Of a stretch of DNA of 64,000 nucleotides, positions 38,658 to 48,847 are shown piece after piece. The notes beneath the pieces were generated by a model, which had not been told where the DNA came from, searched no databases, and saw only the letters and a program-made list of their open reading frames with translations. Every line of letters begins with the position of its first letter. Position 1 is the stretch's first letter. The DNA lies in the sequence record NC_023593.1; one strand, written 5' to 3'. This stretch comes from Escherichia phage KBNP1711. Made by a program: the position numbers and the translations under genes.

Positions 38658-40441
38658 GGGCTTTTCTCTCCATCTTGAGCAAGAAGTGATGCTGCATCCT
38701 CTCCATTTGTCAGCGAGAATGGGTTTTCTTCATCAATTTCATGATCTTCACGCTCAAGCAACCGTCCCGTCTCTCCTACATACTTCGTATAGCACACCCC
38801 TGTTTGTCCATAGTTACGCTCTTTGAGGAGTCGTATAATGGAGAGGTTCTTAGCCAGACCATCTGCTTGTTTGTCACGTTCAAAACCGATGATACATTGA
38901 CACCAACGCATAAGAGAACGAGAGCCAGTAAACTGTACCTCTCGAACCTGACCACCTTCTTCATGAGGTGCACCACCTGCCGGAGCATTGAGGTGAGATA
39001 GTACGAATGCTGTGAAGTTTAATTCTTGACACATACCAGCAAGCTCGGAAGCAATCTTACTGATTTCAGTGTTAATCTCTGAAGGTGTTAAATGAGACAC
39101 CAGAGCGGTAATGTTATCAAGGATGATAAACTTACACTGGTTTTCAACAACCCAGAAACGGATACACTGTTTAATGTCGGCCCATTCATTCTGACCAAAG
39201 TTATCATAGAGGAAGAATTTATCTGCATATCGAAGAGCTTCGTTACGCAATGTATCTTCATCATACTCAACATCAGGTCTATGGAAAGGAATAGATGCTG
39301 ACTTGCCTGCAATGTTCTTAACGGACATTCCGACCTTCTCTTCCAAGAAGAATCCGCCACCATTAAAACCATGCTCAAGGCAAAGCCAAGCAACCAGTTC
39401 ATGTGCAATCAATGTTTTACCAGAGCCTACACCACCACCAATTGCTACCATTTCTCCCCAACGAATACCGTAGGTCATCTCATTAAGAGTTTTCCACGGG
39501 TATGGGATACCCCACTCTGCTTTCTTCAGAGCATCATCTAAGCAATCAAAAACAGTTACAGCACCAGCTGGAGATTCCCGCTTCGCTGAATATTTAAGAA
39601 TGTTAAACAATTCCTGACCACGACCAGAGAGGAGCATATCATTCGCATCTTTAAGCTCTTTCTCAACACCGTTGTACTGGAAAGAACCTTTAGGAATACG
39701 AGCAAACTTCACATGTGGGAACAGAGCACGCCCTTTGGTAAGAGCAATCTCACCAGCATCATCGTTGTCCATACAAAGGACAACCTCTTCAAAACCATTC
39801 AAGAACTCACGGTTGCGAGACAGAACGGAAGAAATCGACCCTGCACCGAACGGTAAAGAGACACACGCTGGTTTAATGTTTGTTGCATTTGTAAAAGCTG
39901 TAAGAACGTGGAAGCCAGACATGCAAGACAAGGGGTCTTCAAAGATGAAGAGCTTCTTATTATACACATCTCCACGTTTAGCCTGTGCCATACCAAACAA
40001 ATCAGCTTCTTTCACACTACCGATGTAATAAAACTTTTTACTATCAAGTAGTTTAACCTCGTAACCGACAATGTTTCCGTCACGTTCACGAGGAAAGAAG
40101 TAACTGTCCGGTGTCTGACCATCAGTTTGACTGAGACCAATACGACATTCAAAACGCTCTGATACAGCTTTAGGGATTAATCGACGAGTGAGTTCTCCTT
40201 GAGGTAACTCCAAGCAATCATCCAAGACCTCTCGAAGTTCTTCAGGGGACAGCTCTTTCTTTTCATTTGGTGTAGGTGTCGTGCCTTTCTCAAAGACTTC
40301 GTAATTACCACACCGGTTACAACTACCCCACTCTTCACCGGATTCCTCATTACGGAAGAGAATCATGTGATTGTGGGTTTTATCACGACCATGAGAGATG
40401 CACTCCTTACAGCCTGTGTCTCCCAAAATGATCTTTGACAT
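38651..40441 (-). CDS. DNA primase/helicase (T7 gp4-like)
   Basis: N-terminal Cys4 zinc motif, primase region, Walker [10 protein letters not shown] and DnaB-like helicase motifs. Confidence 0.8.
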   Translation of the reverse strand: MSKIILGDTGCKECISHGRDKTHNHMILFRNEESGEEWGSCNRCGNYEVFEKGTTPTPNEKKELSPEELREVLDDCLELPQGELTRRLIPKAVSERFECRIGLSQTDGQTPDSYFFPRERDGNIVGYEVKLLDSKKFYYIGSVKEADLFGMAQAKRGDVYNKKLFIFEDPLSCMSGFHVLTAFTNATNIKPACVSLPFGAGSISSVLSRNREFLNGFEEVVLCMDNDDAGEIALTKGRALFPHVKFARIPKGSFQYNGVEKELKDANDMLLSGRGQELFNILKYSAKRESPAGAVTVFDCLDDALKKAEWGIPYPWKTLNEMTYGIRWGEMVAIGGGVGSGKTLIAHELVAWLCLEHGFNGGGFFLEEKVGMSVKNIAGKSASIPFHRPDVEYDEDTLRNEALRYADKFFLYDNFGQNEWADIKQCIRFWVVENQCKFIILDNITALVSHLTPSEINTEISKIASELAGMCQELNFTAFVLSHLNAPAGGAPHEEGGQVREVQFTGSRSLMRWCQCIIGFERDKQADGLAKNLSIIRLLKERNYGQTGVCYTKYVGETGRLLEREDHEIDEENPFSLTNGEDAASLLAQDGEKSPW

Positions 40442-40478
40442 GCTCTATCCTCCTTGGATTCTCCTTGAGCAAACTACC

Positions 40479-40688
40479 TTACTTATAAAAACTTCGAATC
40501 ATGTCCCAGATTTCTTCCTGCTGGACCCTAAAGAAAGCTAAACGTGTCGATGTACGTTCGATAAACTCTTCACTATGCTTTTCTCTATCTAGCATACTGA
40601 CAAGCTTTTCGTATTTATTGATCTTCCATCGCATTTTTAAATAGTCTGATTCTAGTGTCCTTAACCTCTGACACTCAATCAAATCCAT
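40479..40688 (-). CDS. hypothetical protein
   Basis: 69-aa ORF. Confidence 0.35.
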   Translation of the reverse strand: MDLIECQRLRTLESDYLKMRWKINKYEKLVSMLDREKHSEEFIERTSTRLAFFRVQQEEIWDMIRSFYK

Positions 40689-41107
40689 CAGTTATCCTCT
40701 GACAGATAAAGAGACCAGTCACCAGATTCAACCAGTTCATCTTGCTCTTCATCAATGTGATAAATCCAAGCAGTGACAGTTTCACCACTATCCAGAACCA
40801 CTTCGATAGGTGTACGCTTGTAGAAAGTGTGTGGGTTGTCATTACCACGATGCCCTTCCAGCATGTCATAAGCGCCCTCAACACCATCCATATCCGTCTT
40901 AAACACTTCAACACGAACAGGTTTACCGTTACTGCTGTGTTCCAGAGAAACACTTGGGAAGTATGAACCACCGTAGCGGTACAGGTTGTAGTTTTCTTTA
41001 GTGAAACCTTCACCAATCGATTCAGCACCTGCACGAGCATTCACTCGGAAGTTAGCCTGACCAGTACGAAGAGAACCATAAGTTGCTACATAAATTACTT
41101 CTGACAT
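40688..41107 (-). CDS. gamma-glutamyl cyclotransferase-like (AIG2/GGCT fold) protein
   Basis: N-terminal VATYGSLRTG motif and length typical of GGCT-like proteins. Confidence 0.45.
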   Translation of the reverse strand: MSEVIYVATYGSLRTGQANFRVNARAGAESIGEGFTKENYNLYRYGGSYFPSVSLEHSSNGKPVRVEVFKTDMDGVEGAYDMLEGHRGNDNPHTFYKRTPIEVVLDSGETVTAWIYHIDEEQDELVESGDWSLYLSEDN

Positions 41108-41178
41108 TTTAAATACCTTTGTTCATTGTTTAGTTAATCCGAACTAGCCTCCTCTTTCGAAGAAGCTAGAGCAGATTG

Positions 41179-41361
41179 CTATGCTGTGAAGTTTTTGATT
41201 ACACCGCAAATAACATCTGTTTCAAACGTACCCACCAGAACATCGTCTCGGTAGAAGTTAATCGCTCTACCGTCTCGGTTAAAGTGATCTGCTTCAATGA
41301 GCATTGACTGTACCTGACCATCTGGAGTGGAGGTTCGAAAGATGACGTTATACTGACTCAT
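41179..41361 (-). CDS. hypothetical protein
   Basis: 60-aa ORF. Confidence 0.3.
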   Translation of the reverse strand: MSQYNVIFRTSTPDGQVQSMLIEADHFNRDGRAINFYRDDVLVGTFETDVICGVIKNFTA

Positions 41362-41600
41362 AAAGAAGTTACTCCCTTATCTTCTTGGGCGATAGAGATG
41401 ATACGACTCACACACTGCATTGAGTACTCATCTCCACGCTTTAGGAACGTTACGATAGCAGAGAATTGATTACCAATCATCCGCTCATTTGTGATACCGA
41501 ACTCTTTGCAGAGTTCTTTCAGTTTGCTACGAGAACCAATAATCAGAGGCTCTTTTTCTTCAGTCATTCCGCGACTAATCAAATCTTCAATAGACAACAT
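41358..41600 (-). CDS. hypothetical protein
   Basis: 80-aa ORF. Confidence 0.35.
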   Translation of the reverse strand: MLSIEDLISRGMTEEKEPLIIGSRSKLKELCKEFGITNERMIGNQFSAIVTFLKRGDEYSMQCVSRIISIAQEDKGVTSL

Positions 41601-41623
41601 AATTCCATTCCTTGGGGGTTTAA

Positions 41624-42841
41624 TTAAAAGTTTACTACTTCACCATTAACGGTAGTTACTGATGCAAGACGACGAACACGACCAATCTGTTCACGACTAA
41701 TTGGAGTGTTCCAACCAGAGCGATAGAAGTTGCGACCGCAGAAGAATACAACAACATTAGAAGCAATCCGTCCGTAGTTACGATCAGGGTGGTTGATATT
41801 CGCTAGGTAATATCCACGGGTCAGGTTTGCATTTTCATTAATGGGACGAGCATTTGGTGCAGTTGTTTCAGCTTGCATCACTTCTTGAACTTCTTCAACA
41901 ACAGGCTCAACTGTAGGAGTATCACCAGCTAAAGCAAAGTTCTCATCAGCAGCCTCTTCTGCATCATCTTCCAGCTCCACAGTTTCCTGAATAACTGGCA
42001 GAGGGTATGCTACACGATACTCAGGGTTTTGACCACGGAGAGACTCAACATACTGCAAGAAGTTGTGCTGGTAAGTTTCCAGAGTCGTACCAGTCAGGCC
42101 CGGAGCGGTGTTAACTTCTAACACCCATGCTTCCTCGCCTTTACTGATAATGTCAACAGCACCAAAGTTAAGACCGAGTGCTTGTACTGCTTTGTGCGCT
42201 TGAATCAGAACCTGATCATTTGGTGAATCATTAAAAGCATTTGAATAAACCCAACCAGTGTGATGATTACGAACATCTTCACGATAGTCAGGGTTATCAC
42301 GATACCCATTACGACGAATCTTCTTCTGTACGTAAGTAATAACACCTTCAAAGACATGAACACGCCATTCACGACGTGGGCCAGTGATTGCTTTCGTGTA
42401 CAGAGGAGCCTCTGCAATACCTTCACGAGTAAGACGAACAGTGATACCTTCACCAGAGTGACCGTTCAGTACACCACGTTCATAAACAATACTATTTCGG
42501 TTCCAGTTCTGTGCTTCTTCACGATTAGTGGTATATTCAACAGTCTTGACTTCCGCAAGACGCATAGTATTGAAAGCTGCAACCTTGTTCGCCGCACGAT
42601 TCAACGCTGCTACGTTGTTCAGGACCGTTGCACCTTCGAAGAAGGATTCTTGATAACGACGGTTTCCGTAGTTGATGATCACATCACCAGAACGAGCACG
42701 GAATCGGCTGGTTCCATCAGACAGAAGAGCCATTGCGTTAGCATTGATTCGGTTGTCACGGAGATGTTGATTCAAGCTGGACACCAGAGCATTAACAGAA
42801 TCAGAAGGGCCATAAGGGAGAACACGGATACGAGTAGTCAT
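41624..42841 (-). CDS. ATP-grasp family ligase
   Basis: EWRVHVF and LGLNFGAVDIISKGEEAWVLEVNTAPGL match the ATP-grasp C-terminal nucleotide-binding motifs. Confidence 0.55.
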   Translation of the reverse strand: MTTRIRVLPYGPSDSVNALVSSLNQHLRDNRINANAMALLSDGTSRFRARSGDVIINYGNRRYQESFFEGATVLNNVAALNRAANKVAAFNTMRLAEVKTVEYTTNREEAQNWNRNSIVYERGVLNGHSGEGITVRLTREGIAEAPLYTKAITGPRREWRVHVFEGVITYVQKKIRRNGYRDNPDYREDVRNHHTGWVYSNAFNDSPNDQVLIQAHKAVQALGLNFGAVDIISKGEEAWVLEVNTAPGLTGTTLETYQHNFLQYVESLRGQNPEYRVAYPLPVIQETVELEDDAEEAADENFALAGDTPTVEPVVEEVQEVMQAETTAPNARPINENANLTRGYYLANINHPDRNYGRIASNVVVFFCGRNFYRSGWNTPISREQIGRVRRLASVTTVNGEVVNF

Positions 42842-42843
42842 TT

Positions 42844-43077
42844 TTAGATACCTTTAAGTTTAAGAATTTCGTTGCGAGTACGTTGGATACGTTCTTCAAG
42901 AGTGTGATAATCAAAGATGCAGATCTCTTCTGCTTCATCAGAAGGTGCATCCATTAAACCCATAGCAATCGGATACACTTTTCGCTGTTCCGTTGTCATG
43001 TTCTGTAGCCGGAGTCGTTGATACTCCAGCAGGGTAATTTTCGGCTTGTTAGTTTCCTTGCTTGACATGAGGCTCAA
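42844..43077 (-). CDS. hypothetical protein
   Basis: 77-aa ORF. Confidence 0.3.
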   Translation of the reverse strand: MSLMSSKETNKPKITLLEYQRLRLQNMTTEQRKVYPIAMGLMDAPSDEAEEICIFDYHTLEERIQRTRNEILKLKGI

Positions 43078-43282
43078 CCTTGATACCTTTCAGTTTCACA
43101 TAGTCAGCCAGCACGTTGTTAATAACTGTTGGGAAAGGAATCTCAACAGGTGCATTAACTAACCCACCAATACCCTCTTGCATCCACTTCTGGATTGCAC
43201 GAAGGTTATCACATCCTGTGCTTGTCATTGGAATACGGCGAGTGGTTACAACGTTATCCAACATCATCTTACGAATTTCCAT
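43049..43282 (-). CDS. hypothetical protein
   Basis: 77-aa ORF. Confidence 0.3.
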   Translation of the reverse strand: MEIRKMMLDNVVTTRRIPMTSTGCDNLRAIQKWMQEGIGGLVNAPVEIPFPTVINNVLADYVKLKGIKVEPHVKQGN

Positions 43283-43292
43283 AATACACCTC

Positions 43293-45311
43293 TTAATTAT
43301 GACCTTTACAGTGCACTGAATCGCACACCACTTGATTGGTATTGTTTAGTGTGCAGAGTTCTGCATCACGCCACGGAATCTTTTTAAAACAGACTGCACA
43401 AAACCCCAAAGTAGACCAGAGGGCTTTTGTGAAGGTTGCTGAACGGTTTCCATCGGAAGAGGCAACTGTTCTGGTAATTGAGACTTTTGACTCACGAAAG
43501 GTTTCCGCTACTGGAGCGGATTCCTCCTTTGGGGTAGTCACTGCAATAGCATAAATACCACCCCAACGCTTCTCAATGTAAGCACCGAATACATCTTCCA
43601 GAGTGATTTCACTCTTACGCTTGGTTGAGGATTCCATGACAACCATGTTGTCCAGAATCTTTTGATCGACACGAAGAGCTACTTCAGGACGTCGAGCACT
43701 TGTTGTATCAACACACTTAGTCCAAACATAACCCTCTTTCAGGGTGACTTGAGTTGCTTGCTTCTTTGCTTTATTAGCACAGATTTTACAAACATCGTCA
43801 CCACGAAGTTTACTGAACTCTTCATCAAATTCAAAGTCAGACTTCACTTCACCGCACACCGAACAAACACCGATAGGAATCTCATCCTCTTCAACGTCTT
43901 CTACTTGCTTCTGGATAGAATCAAAACAAGCTTTATGCCAATATGCTTGGTATGCGAAGATTGCACTTGGGGCTTCTTTCCAGTCGATGTGCTTATCACA
44001 GCCACCACAATCACCATGGGAATGGGCTTCCCAGAACTTACGAGTGATAGTCACCCCATTCTTGCTGACAAAACTATCCTCTGCATCAAAAGGGATATCA
44101 TCATCGAAATCAGCTGTAGTGCTTTCCGGCTCCTTTTTCGACAAGTCAAAGAAGTGACCAGAGATCAACACCAAACGAATCATGCTATTAACTTCAGAAA
44201 TACAGCCAACCGTACCACGGTAAACCATATGCTTATTCTTAAGAGCAGCTTCGTAATCAGTTTGCAGGATGTTATGAACATCACCCTCAATATACTCTTG
44301 AGCTTTGTCATCATAAATATAACCAACCATCTTACCGCGATCGGTATCTTTATAACAAACAAACTCGTGAGGAATAATATCAACCTGCATATCACGACGG
44401 ATATCAACACCTTTGTCAGATGCGATCTTGTTTTGTTTCAAGATTGCTTCACGACGACGTACATCACCTGCGGTTACGCCGGGCTTTCTTTGCTCGTCGC
44501 TGTTCCCGTTTACGTAACTTTTTATCCCGCTTGAGTGATTGTTGCTGTAGCTGTTCGAGTAATAACTTCCCCAACGCGTTGCTACCGTAAAAACCGGGAG
44601 TTCATGTACGACCTCCTCTACCAAAGTCATCTTGTTGTCAGAAACATCAAAGATGTACTCTGTACCGACTTTACACTCAAAGTGCTCATCGATTCGATTC
44701 TTGTGGCTCTTAGAACGCTGAAGAATCCACATCAACATAGCTTCTTCTGAAGCACCAAACCATGAAGTTCCCAGACGGGCCAGATGGAATGGACGCTCAT
44801 CGTTGCGAATGATGTGAAGACGGTTATCACTTGCATCATGCCAGATCAGAGTGAATGCACCATCCAACTTCTGAATAGTCTCTGCTGCACCAATCTTGTT
44901 AATAGAGTGGCAGATGTTCTCACTATCAACCTCAAAAACCTTACTGTCAGGCAGAAGGTCTTGATCAACTAAGGTTCCGTTATGAACCAGAGTGATGTTT
45001 CCGTGAGAGAATGGGTGAGCGTTACGTGAGTTAATAGCACCTTTCGTAGCATGTCGGCTATGACCAACAATCCATGAAGGAGGCACTGTGTAATTAGTAA
45101 GGCCAGTTGTCAGCTCGGTGTACTCTTTCTGTAACATGAAAGCATAGGAAGGTAGTGCTTCTTTGTAAGAGAACACAGATCTTTCGCTTTTACGCTGACC
45201 GAAAATACCAGTTGAGTGTTGACCACGAAATACACCAGCATAAAGAAGCTGGTTGTAAACATCTAAGTCATAACTTGAGAGGCTTCCACCTGCTAATACG
45301 ATACCACAAAT
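43293..45311 (-). CDS. class-II (Ntn) glutamine amidotransferase domain protein with long Cys-rich C-terminal extension
   Basis: Hand translation upstream of track start gives (ATT)-CGIVLAGG...VFRGQHSTGI...HNGTL; SD AGGTGG 8 nt before ATT 45311; track ORF begins at GTG 45176. Confidence 0.6.
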   Translation of the reverse strand: MCGIVLAGGSLSSYDLDVYNQLLYAGVFRGQHSTGIFGQRKSERSVFSYKEALPSYAFMLQKEYTELTTGLTNYTVPPSWIVGHSRHATKGAINSRNAHPFSHGNITLVHNGTLVDQDLLPDSKVFEVDSENICHSINKIGAAETIQKLDGAFTLIWHDASDNRLHIIRNDERPFHLARLGTSWFGASEEAMLMWILQRSKSHKNRIDEHFECKVGTEYIFDVSDNKMTLVEEVVHELPVFTVATRWGSYYSNSYSNNHSSGIKSYVNGNSDEQRKPGVTAGDVRRREAILKQNKIASDKGVDIRRDMQVDIIPHEFVCYKDTDRGKMVGYIYDDKAQEYIEGDVHNILQTDYEAALKNKHMVYRGTVGCISEVNSMIRLVLISGHFFDLSKKEPESTTADFDDDIPFDAEDSFVSKNGVTITRKFWEAHSHGDCGGCDKHIDWKEAPSAIFAYQAYWHKACFDSIQKQVEDVEEDEIPIGVCSVCGEVKSDFEFDEEFSKLRGDDVCKICANKAKKQATQVTLKEGYVWTKCVDTTSARRPEVALRVDQKILDNMVVMESSTKRKSEITLEDVFGAYIEKRWGGIYAIAVTTPKEESAPVAETFRESKVSITRTVASSDGNRSATFTKALWSTLGFCAVCFKKIPWRDAELCTLNNTNQVVCDSVHCKGHN

Positions 45312-45385
45312 TTTCTAATCCACCTGAAGGGTAAACCCTTTCATCTAATTAACCTTTAATTGTGCCCCTTTCGAGGCACCCATTG

Positions 45386-46486
45386 TTACAGCAGTCGTTC
45401 TAACTGAATTTCCAAGTGGTCTGGAATATACTCAGTGACGTTGTTATCAGAGACGCCAGATTCACGCATCATGTTGAGCATGTTACGAATCTGCCCTTCT
45501 GTTGCTTCACGAGTTTCACTAATCTCTGTTTCATACAGAGCCATGATCTCGTTATGAACATCTTGAGCATTACCACGGACATATCCGAGGAAGCCATAGA
45601 AGTCAGACATATCACGAAGGGATACAACTACCGACCCACTACTATCAAGAGTTTGTAAACGAATACGCCCAACCTGACGCACAGATCGGTTACGACAGAA
45701 CAGGATATCACGAGCCAGACGATAACCGCTATCAAGATCTTCGTGTCTTGGGGTGTAGTCCAGAGGTAGGTGCGGGAGCATAGGGTCAAAACGAACCCTG
45801 TTGAGCATCTCAACAAACTCTTCATTGTCCATCTCTGCATTTTCAACTGCTAATTTCTTAAGAACCAAGAAGCGGTTTACCAGATTTAACAGCTGACCTT
45901 TCTTCCACTTAGGCTCTGAGATACGGAACTCAACAGAACCGAACTGAGCCAGAGGGAGTAGGTTGAGTGATGTGTACTTATCCCAACGGTCGACGATATG
46001 TCGGAAGAAGTTCTCACCTTCGTAGTTAAATGCTTCAGAAGCGTTCATTACTTGAGCCTGAACCACTGCAAAAGCAGGACAGAAATTACTACGGTAACGG
46101 TGATAACCAGAGCACTTAAACATCAATGCTTCATAGAAAGTCCACCCAAGGATAACTTTCTTAACGATATTGCTATCAGCATCTCGCATATCCATATGAA
46201 CGTGAGTGGAACATCGCCAAGTCCCTTCTGCTTCGGACTCCATCACTGCCTCACTCAGATTGTTGATAGCGTCAAACAGTTCTACACCATTGTAAGGGCG
46301 AGAACAGACCATTTCACATCCGTTGCGAAGCGAGCCATCCTCTGTACATTCCCACATATCTGCTTCGATATGATCGTCACCTTCAAGCTCCAGCTCAATA
46401 CCAATACCGCATTGGAATGCGATACTCGGATGTGCTTCACTCAGACGATTACTACGGTATCCAAAAGCTTGCGCTACAGTTGTCAT
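45386..46486 (-). CDS. glutamine synthetase-like amidoligase (carboxylate-amine ligase) candidate
   Basis: IGIELELEG near N-terminus and CSTHVHMD resemble the Glu-x-Glu and His-x-His metal motifs of GCS2/amidoligase enzymes. Confidence 0.45.
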   Translation of the reverse strand: MTTVAQAFGYRSNRLSEAHPSIAFQCGIGIELELEGDDHIEADMWECTEDGSLRNGCEMVCSRPYNGVELFDAINNLSEAVMESEAEGTWRCSTHVHMDMRDADSNIVKKVILGWTFYEALMFKCSGYHRYRSNFCPAFAVVQAQVMNASEAFNYEGENFFRHIVDRWDKYTSLNLLPLAQFGSVEFRISEPKWKKGQLLNLVNRFLVLKKLAVENAEMDNEEFVEMLNRVRFDPMLPHLPLDYTPRHEDLDSGYRLARDILFCRNRSVRQVGRIRLQTLDSSGSVVVSLRDMSDFYGFLGYVRGNAQDVHNEIMALYETEISETREATEGQIRNMLNMMRESGVSDNNVTEYIPDHLEIQLERLL

Positions 46487-47097
46487 AACGACTCCACTAA
46501 CTCCACAGTGTATTGGTTAAAATCACTTTCAATATGCTTGAACTTGTCAAGCAGTTGTACGGTCTGACGACCACGGCTGTCATATCCAGCACTAAGAAGC
46601 ACACGACCAACATGTGCACCTTTATAATAAACAAGACCATCAGAAGGATTGATGAAGATAAAGCGAGTCAACAAGCCTTCAAAGGATGGGTTAAACAGGT
46701 TATAAACCATCTCACCAGAGATGTTACGACCTAGAGAAGTTACGCCACGGAGTTTGTTACCCATCAACCCCTTAGCTCGCTGACGAACTGGATTGATGTG
46801 AGTCCAACTTACCATGTTACGTCCGTGTTGAAGATAACCAACATCAGGGGATTCCAGAATCAGGTTAGGGTTGAAAACCCCAATCTGAACTGTTGTACGG
46901 TTAAACCCTGAGTCTGTTTTAAACCAACGCTCTGCTTCGAACATCAAAGCCATCTCTGCTTCATGAGAGAAGTCATCACGAGAGAACTCACCTTGTTGGA
47001 ATACGTTCATAACAAACAGTGGGATGTTTAAGTTCCCACGTCTTTCAGCAATCCATGTCCCACAATAGTAATGAGAGAAGTCAGTTACTAAGCTCAC
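46483..47097 (-). CDS. hypothetical protein
   Basis: 204-aa ORF inside the ligase cluster; Cys at position 12. Confidence 0.4.
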   Translation of the reverse strand: MSLVTDFSHYYCGTWIAERRGNLNIPLFVMNVFQQGEFSRDDFSHEAEMALMFEAERWFKTDSGFNRTTVQIGVFNPNLILESPDVGYLQHGRNMVSWTHINPVRQRAKGLMGNKLRGVTSLGRNISGEMVYNLFNPSFEGLLTRFIFINPSDGLVYYKGAHVGRVLLSAGYDSRGRQTVQLLDKFKHIESDFNQYTVELVESL

Positions 47098-47106
47098 GAT
47101 AACCCC

Positions 47107-47913
47107 TTACGCTACCTGTAAACGTTTCAAGAACACATCTGCTTCACGAACATCGTTGGTGTTGATGATCTGGTGCAGCTTTTCAATCGGAAGGCGAGAG
47201 TGGAGGCTCATCAAGAACTCCATGTCGCTATTTTGTACAACCTTGTCAACTTGATCGTACACGAATTGACGATCTTCTTTCTTGCCAATCCAGAAGTTCG
47301 ACAGAGAGCGATACTCAATGCCATAAGGTTTGTAACGGATTGCGGATGCTTTACCGTACAGCTCTTTACGTCGAGTATCACCATCCATCAGAACAGCAGG
47401 CAATGACAGGAAGTAATCACACAGAACGCCCAGCATCATCTGAACCTTCTTATTCACATCCAGAGAGCCAGTGACACCAATGTGCACATGACCACCTGCT
47501 GTACGCAAGCCCTTGTTCTCTGAAGTTGGAGAAGCATTCTTTTGACCAGTGAATGCGTTGAAGTCTGGAGTACAACCAAACACGAAAGCGGACGGATGGA
47601 ATGATTCCAATTCCTCTTTAGAGAAGATATGAGAACTTACACCCAGAGCCGCTTCCATGTCCTGTTTCTTCAGAACTTCGTTGGTAAGATCAATACCGCG
47701 CTGAACGTTGTCATTAAACGCTTCAAAACCTTGTTGTGGGTTGATATCAAACTCAGCCAGCACGTTGTCTTCTTGGAGACGTACATCCTTAGCCAGATCG
47801 ATTTTATTTTCTTTAGAACAACCCAGCTTGCCAGCAACAGAGGTGATGATGCCAGAAGAAGTACGAACAAACATCTCTGGGTCCGTTCCAATTAAAAAGA
47901 TGCGCTTAGTCAT
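47107..47913 (-). CDS. glutamine synthetase/GCS2-like amidoligase candidate
   Basis: Internal Met start MTKRIFLIGTDPEMF and RTAGGHVHIG motifs. Confidence 0.45.
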   Translation of the reverse strand: MTKRIFLIGTDPEMFVRTSSGIITSVAGKLGCSKENKIDLAKDVRLQEDNVLAEFDINPQQGFEAFNDNVQRGIDLTNEVLKKQDMEAALGVSSHIFSKEELESFHPSAFVFGCTPDFNAFTGQKNASPTSENKGLRTAGGHVHIGVTGSLDVNKKVQMMLGVLCDYFLSLPAVLMDGDTRRKELYGKASAIRYKPYGIEYRSLSNFWIGKKEDRQFVYDQVDKVVQNSDMEFLMSLHSRLPIEKLHQIINTNDVREADVFLKRLQVA

Positions 47914-48835
47914 TATAGTATTCCACCAATTCTTTAAAGAGGGATATGATTGTTTCTTTGTTGCTCTCCATATTAGAGCCGCAACGACTTTCAATACGTT
48001 CTAAGAAACCATTTACATTGATGTTAGAAATCTTTTCATCAAGAGATGAACGTTTCCAACCAGTGCTCATAGACCAAACTCTCAAAAAGGTACTCATTGA
48101 AGAGTACATCTCTGCGTTTTGGTTTCGACGACGAGCAATACGACGAAGAGCTGCACGGTCATGGTTTCGGATATACCCTGATGTGTTATCACCTTCTCCG
48201 ACTTTGTTTTGCAACCAAACGTCGGTTGAAAACTCACCTGTATTGCAAATAATCGGAAGAAATGCAAATGCTGGTAAATCATGCGGTAAATAGATAGATG
48301 TTGATTCGTCAGTGGAGTCATTAACTCTATCAAAGTTAAGCTCCCCAAAGAAGTCCTTACTTACCCCAGCAAGAGCTAGAGCTAATCCAACACGACGACG
48401 GAATAGCCATTCTTCTCTATCATCAACTCCCTCTGAAAGAAAATCCATAGATTCATACTCGCAATCGAGATAGCTACGGAAAGTCATTAGTCCTGTAAAA
48501 ACTTTATCTGCTGCGTGTTCACGAAGATCAACCTCTACACTATTAGCAGAAGTTATTGTGAACATATCTTTGTACATAGAACAGGAGTTCAGTACATCAG
48601 CAGTATCCACCAAATGAGACTCAGTCTCATCCATGTTGCAGTGGGGCCAGTAGTTAATCTTACCCATGTGCGCTGTGAAGTTATCCAAGCTGGTTCGAGT
48701 ACTCAGGCCGTTAATGTCACGAGTGCTAAAGTTGTGCATAGAGTTGTGGATACCGAAACAAACTCGGCTCGCAAAACTCTGCTCACCCAACATATCACTA
48801 ACTTCTACAGGAGCTAATGTTGTGGAAATTGCCAT
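47906..48835 (-). CDS. hypothetical protein
   Basis: 309-aa ORF. Confidence 0.4.
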   Translation of the reverse strand: MAISTTLAPVEVSDMLGEQSFASRVCFGIHNSMHNFSTRDINGLSTRTSLDNFTAHMGKINYWPHCNMDETESHLVDTADVLNSCSMYKDMFTITSANSVEVDLREHAADKVFTGLMTFRSYLDCEYESMDFLSEGVDDREEWLFRRRVGLALALAGVSKDFFGELNFDRVNDSTDESTSIYLPHDLPAFAFLPIICNTGEFSTDVWLQNKVGEGDNTSGYIRNHDRAALRRIARRRNQNAEMYSSMSTFLRVWSMSTGWKRSSLDEKISNINVNGFLERIESRCGSNMESNKETIISLFKELVEYYND

Positions 48836-48847
48836 TGTCTTTAACCT

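Noticed and set aside
43662-44534. 290-aa + strand ORF (and similar + strand ORFs at 42260-42847, 45998-46567, 47708-48004)
   Set aside because: They lie antisense to - strand genes with recognisable enzyme motifs (amidotransferase, ATP-grasp, amidoligase), are low-complexity and Ile/Leu/Thr-rich with no RBS, so they are treated as shadow ORFs.
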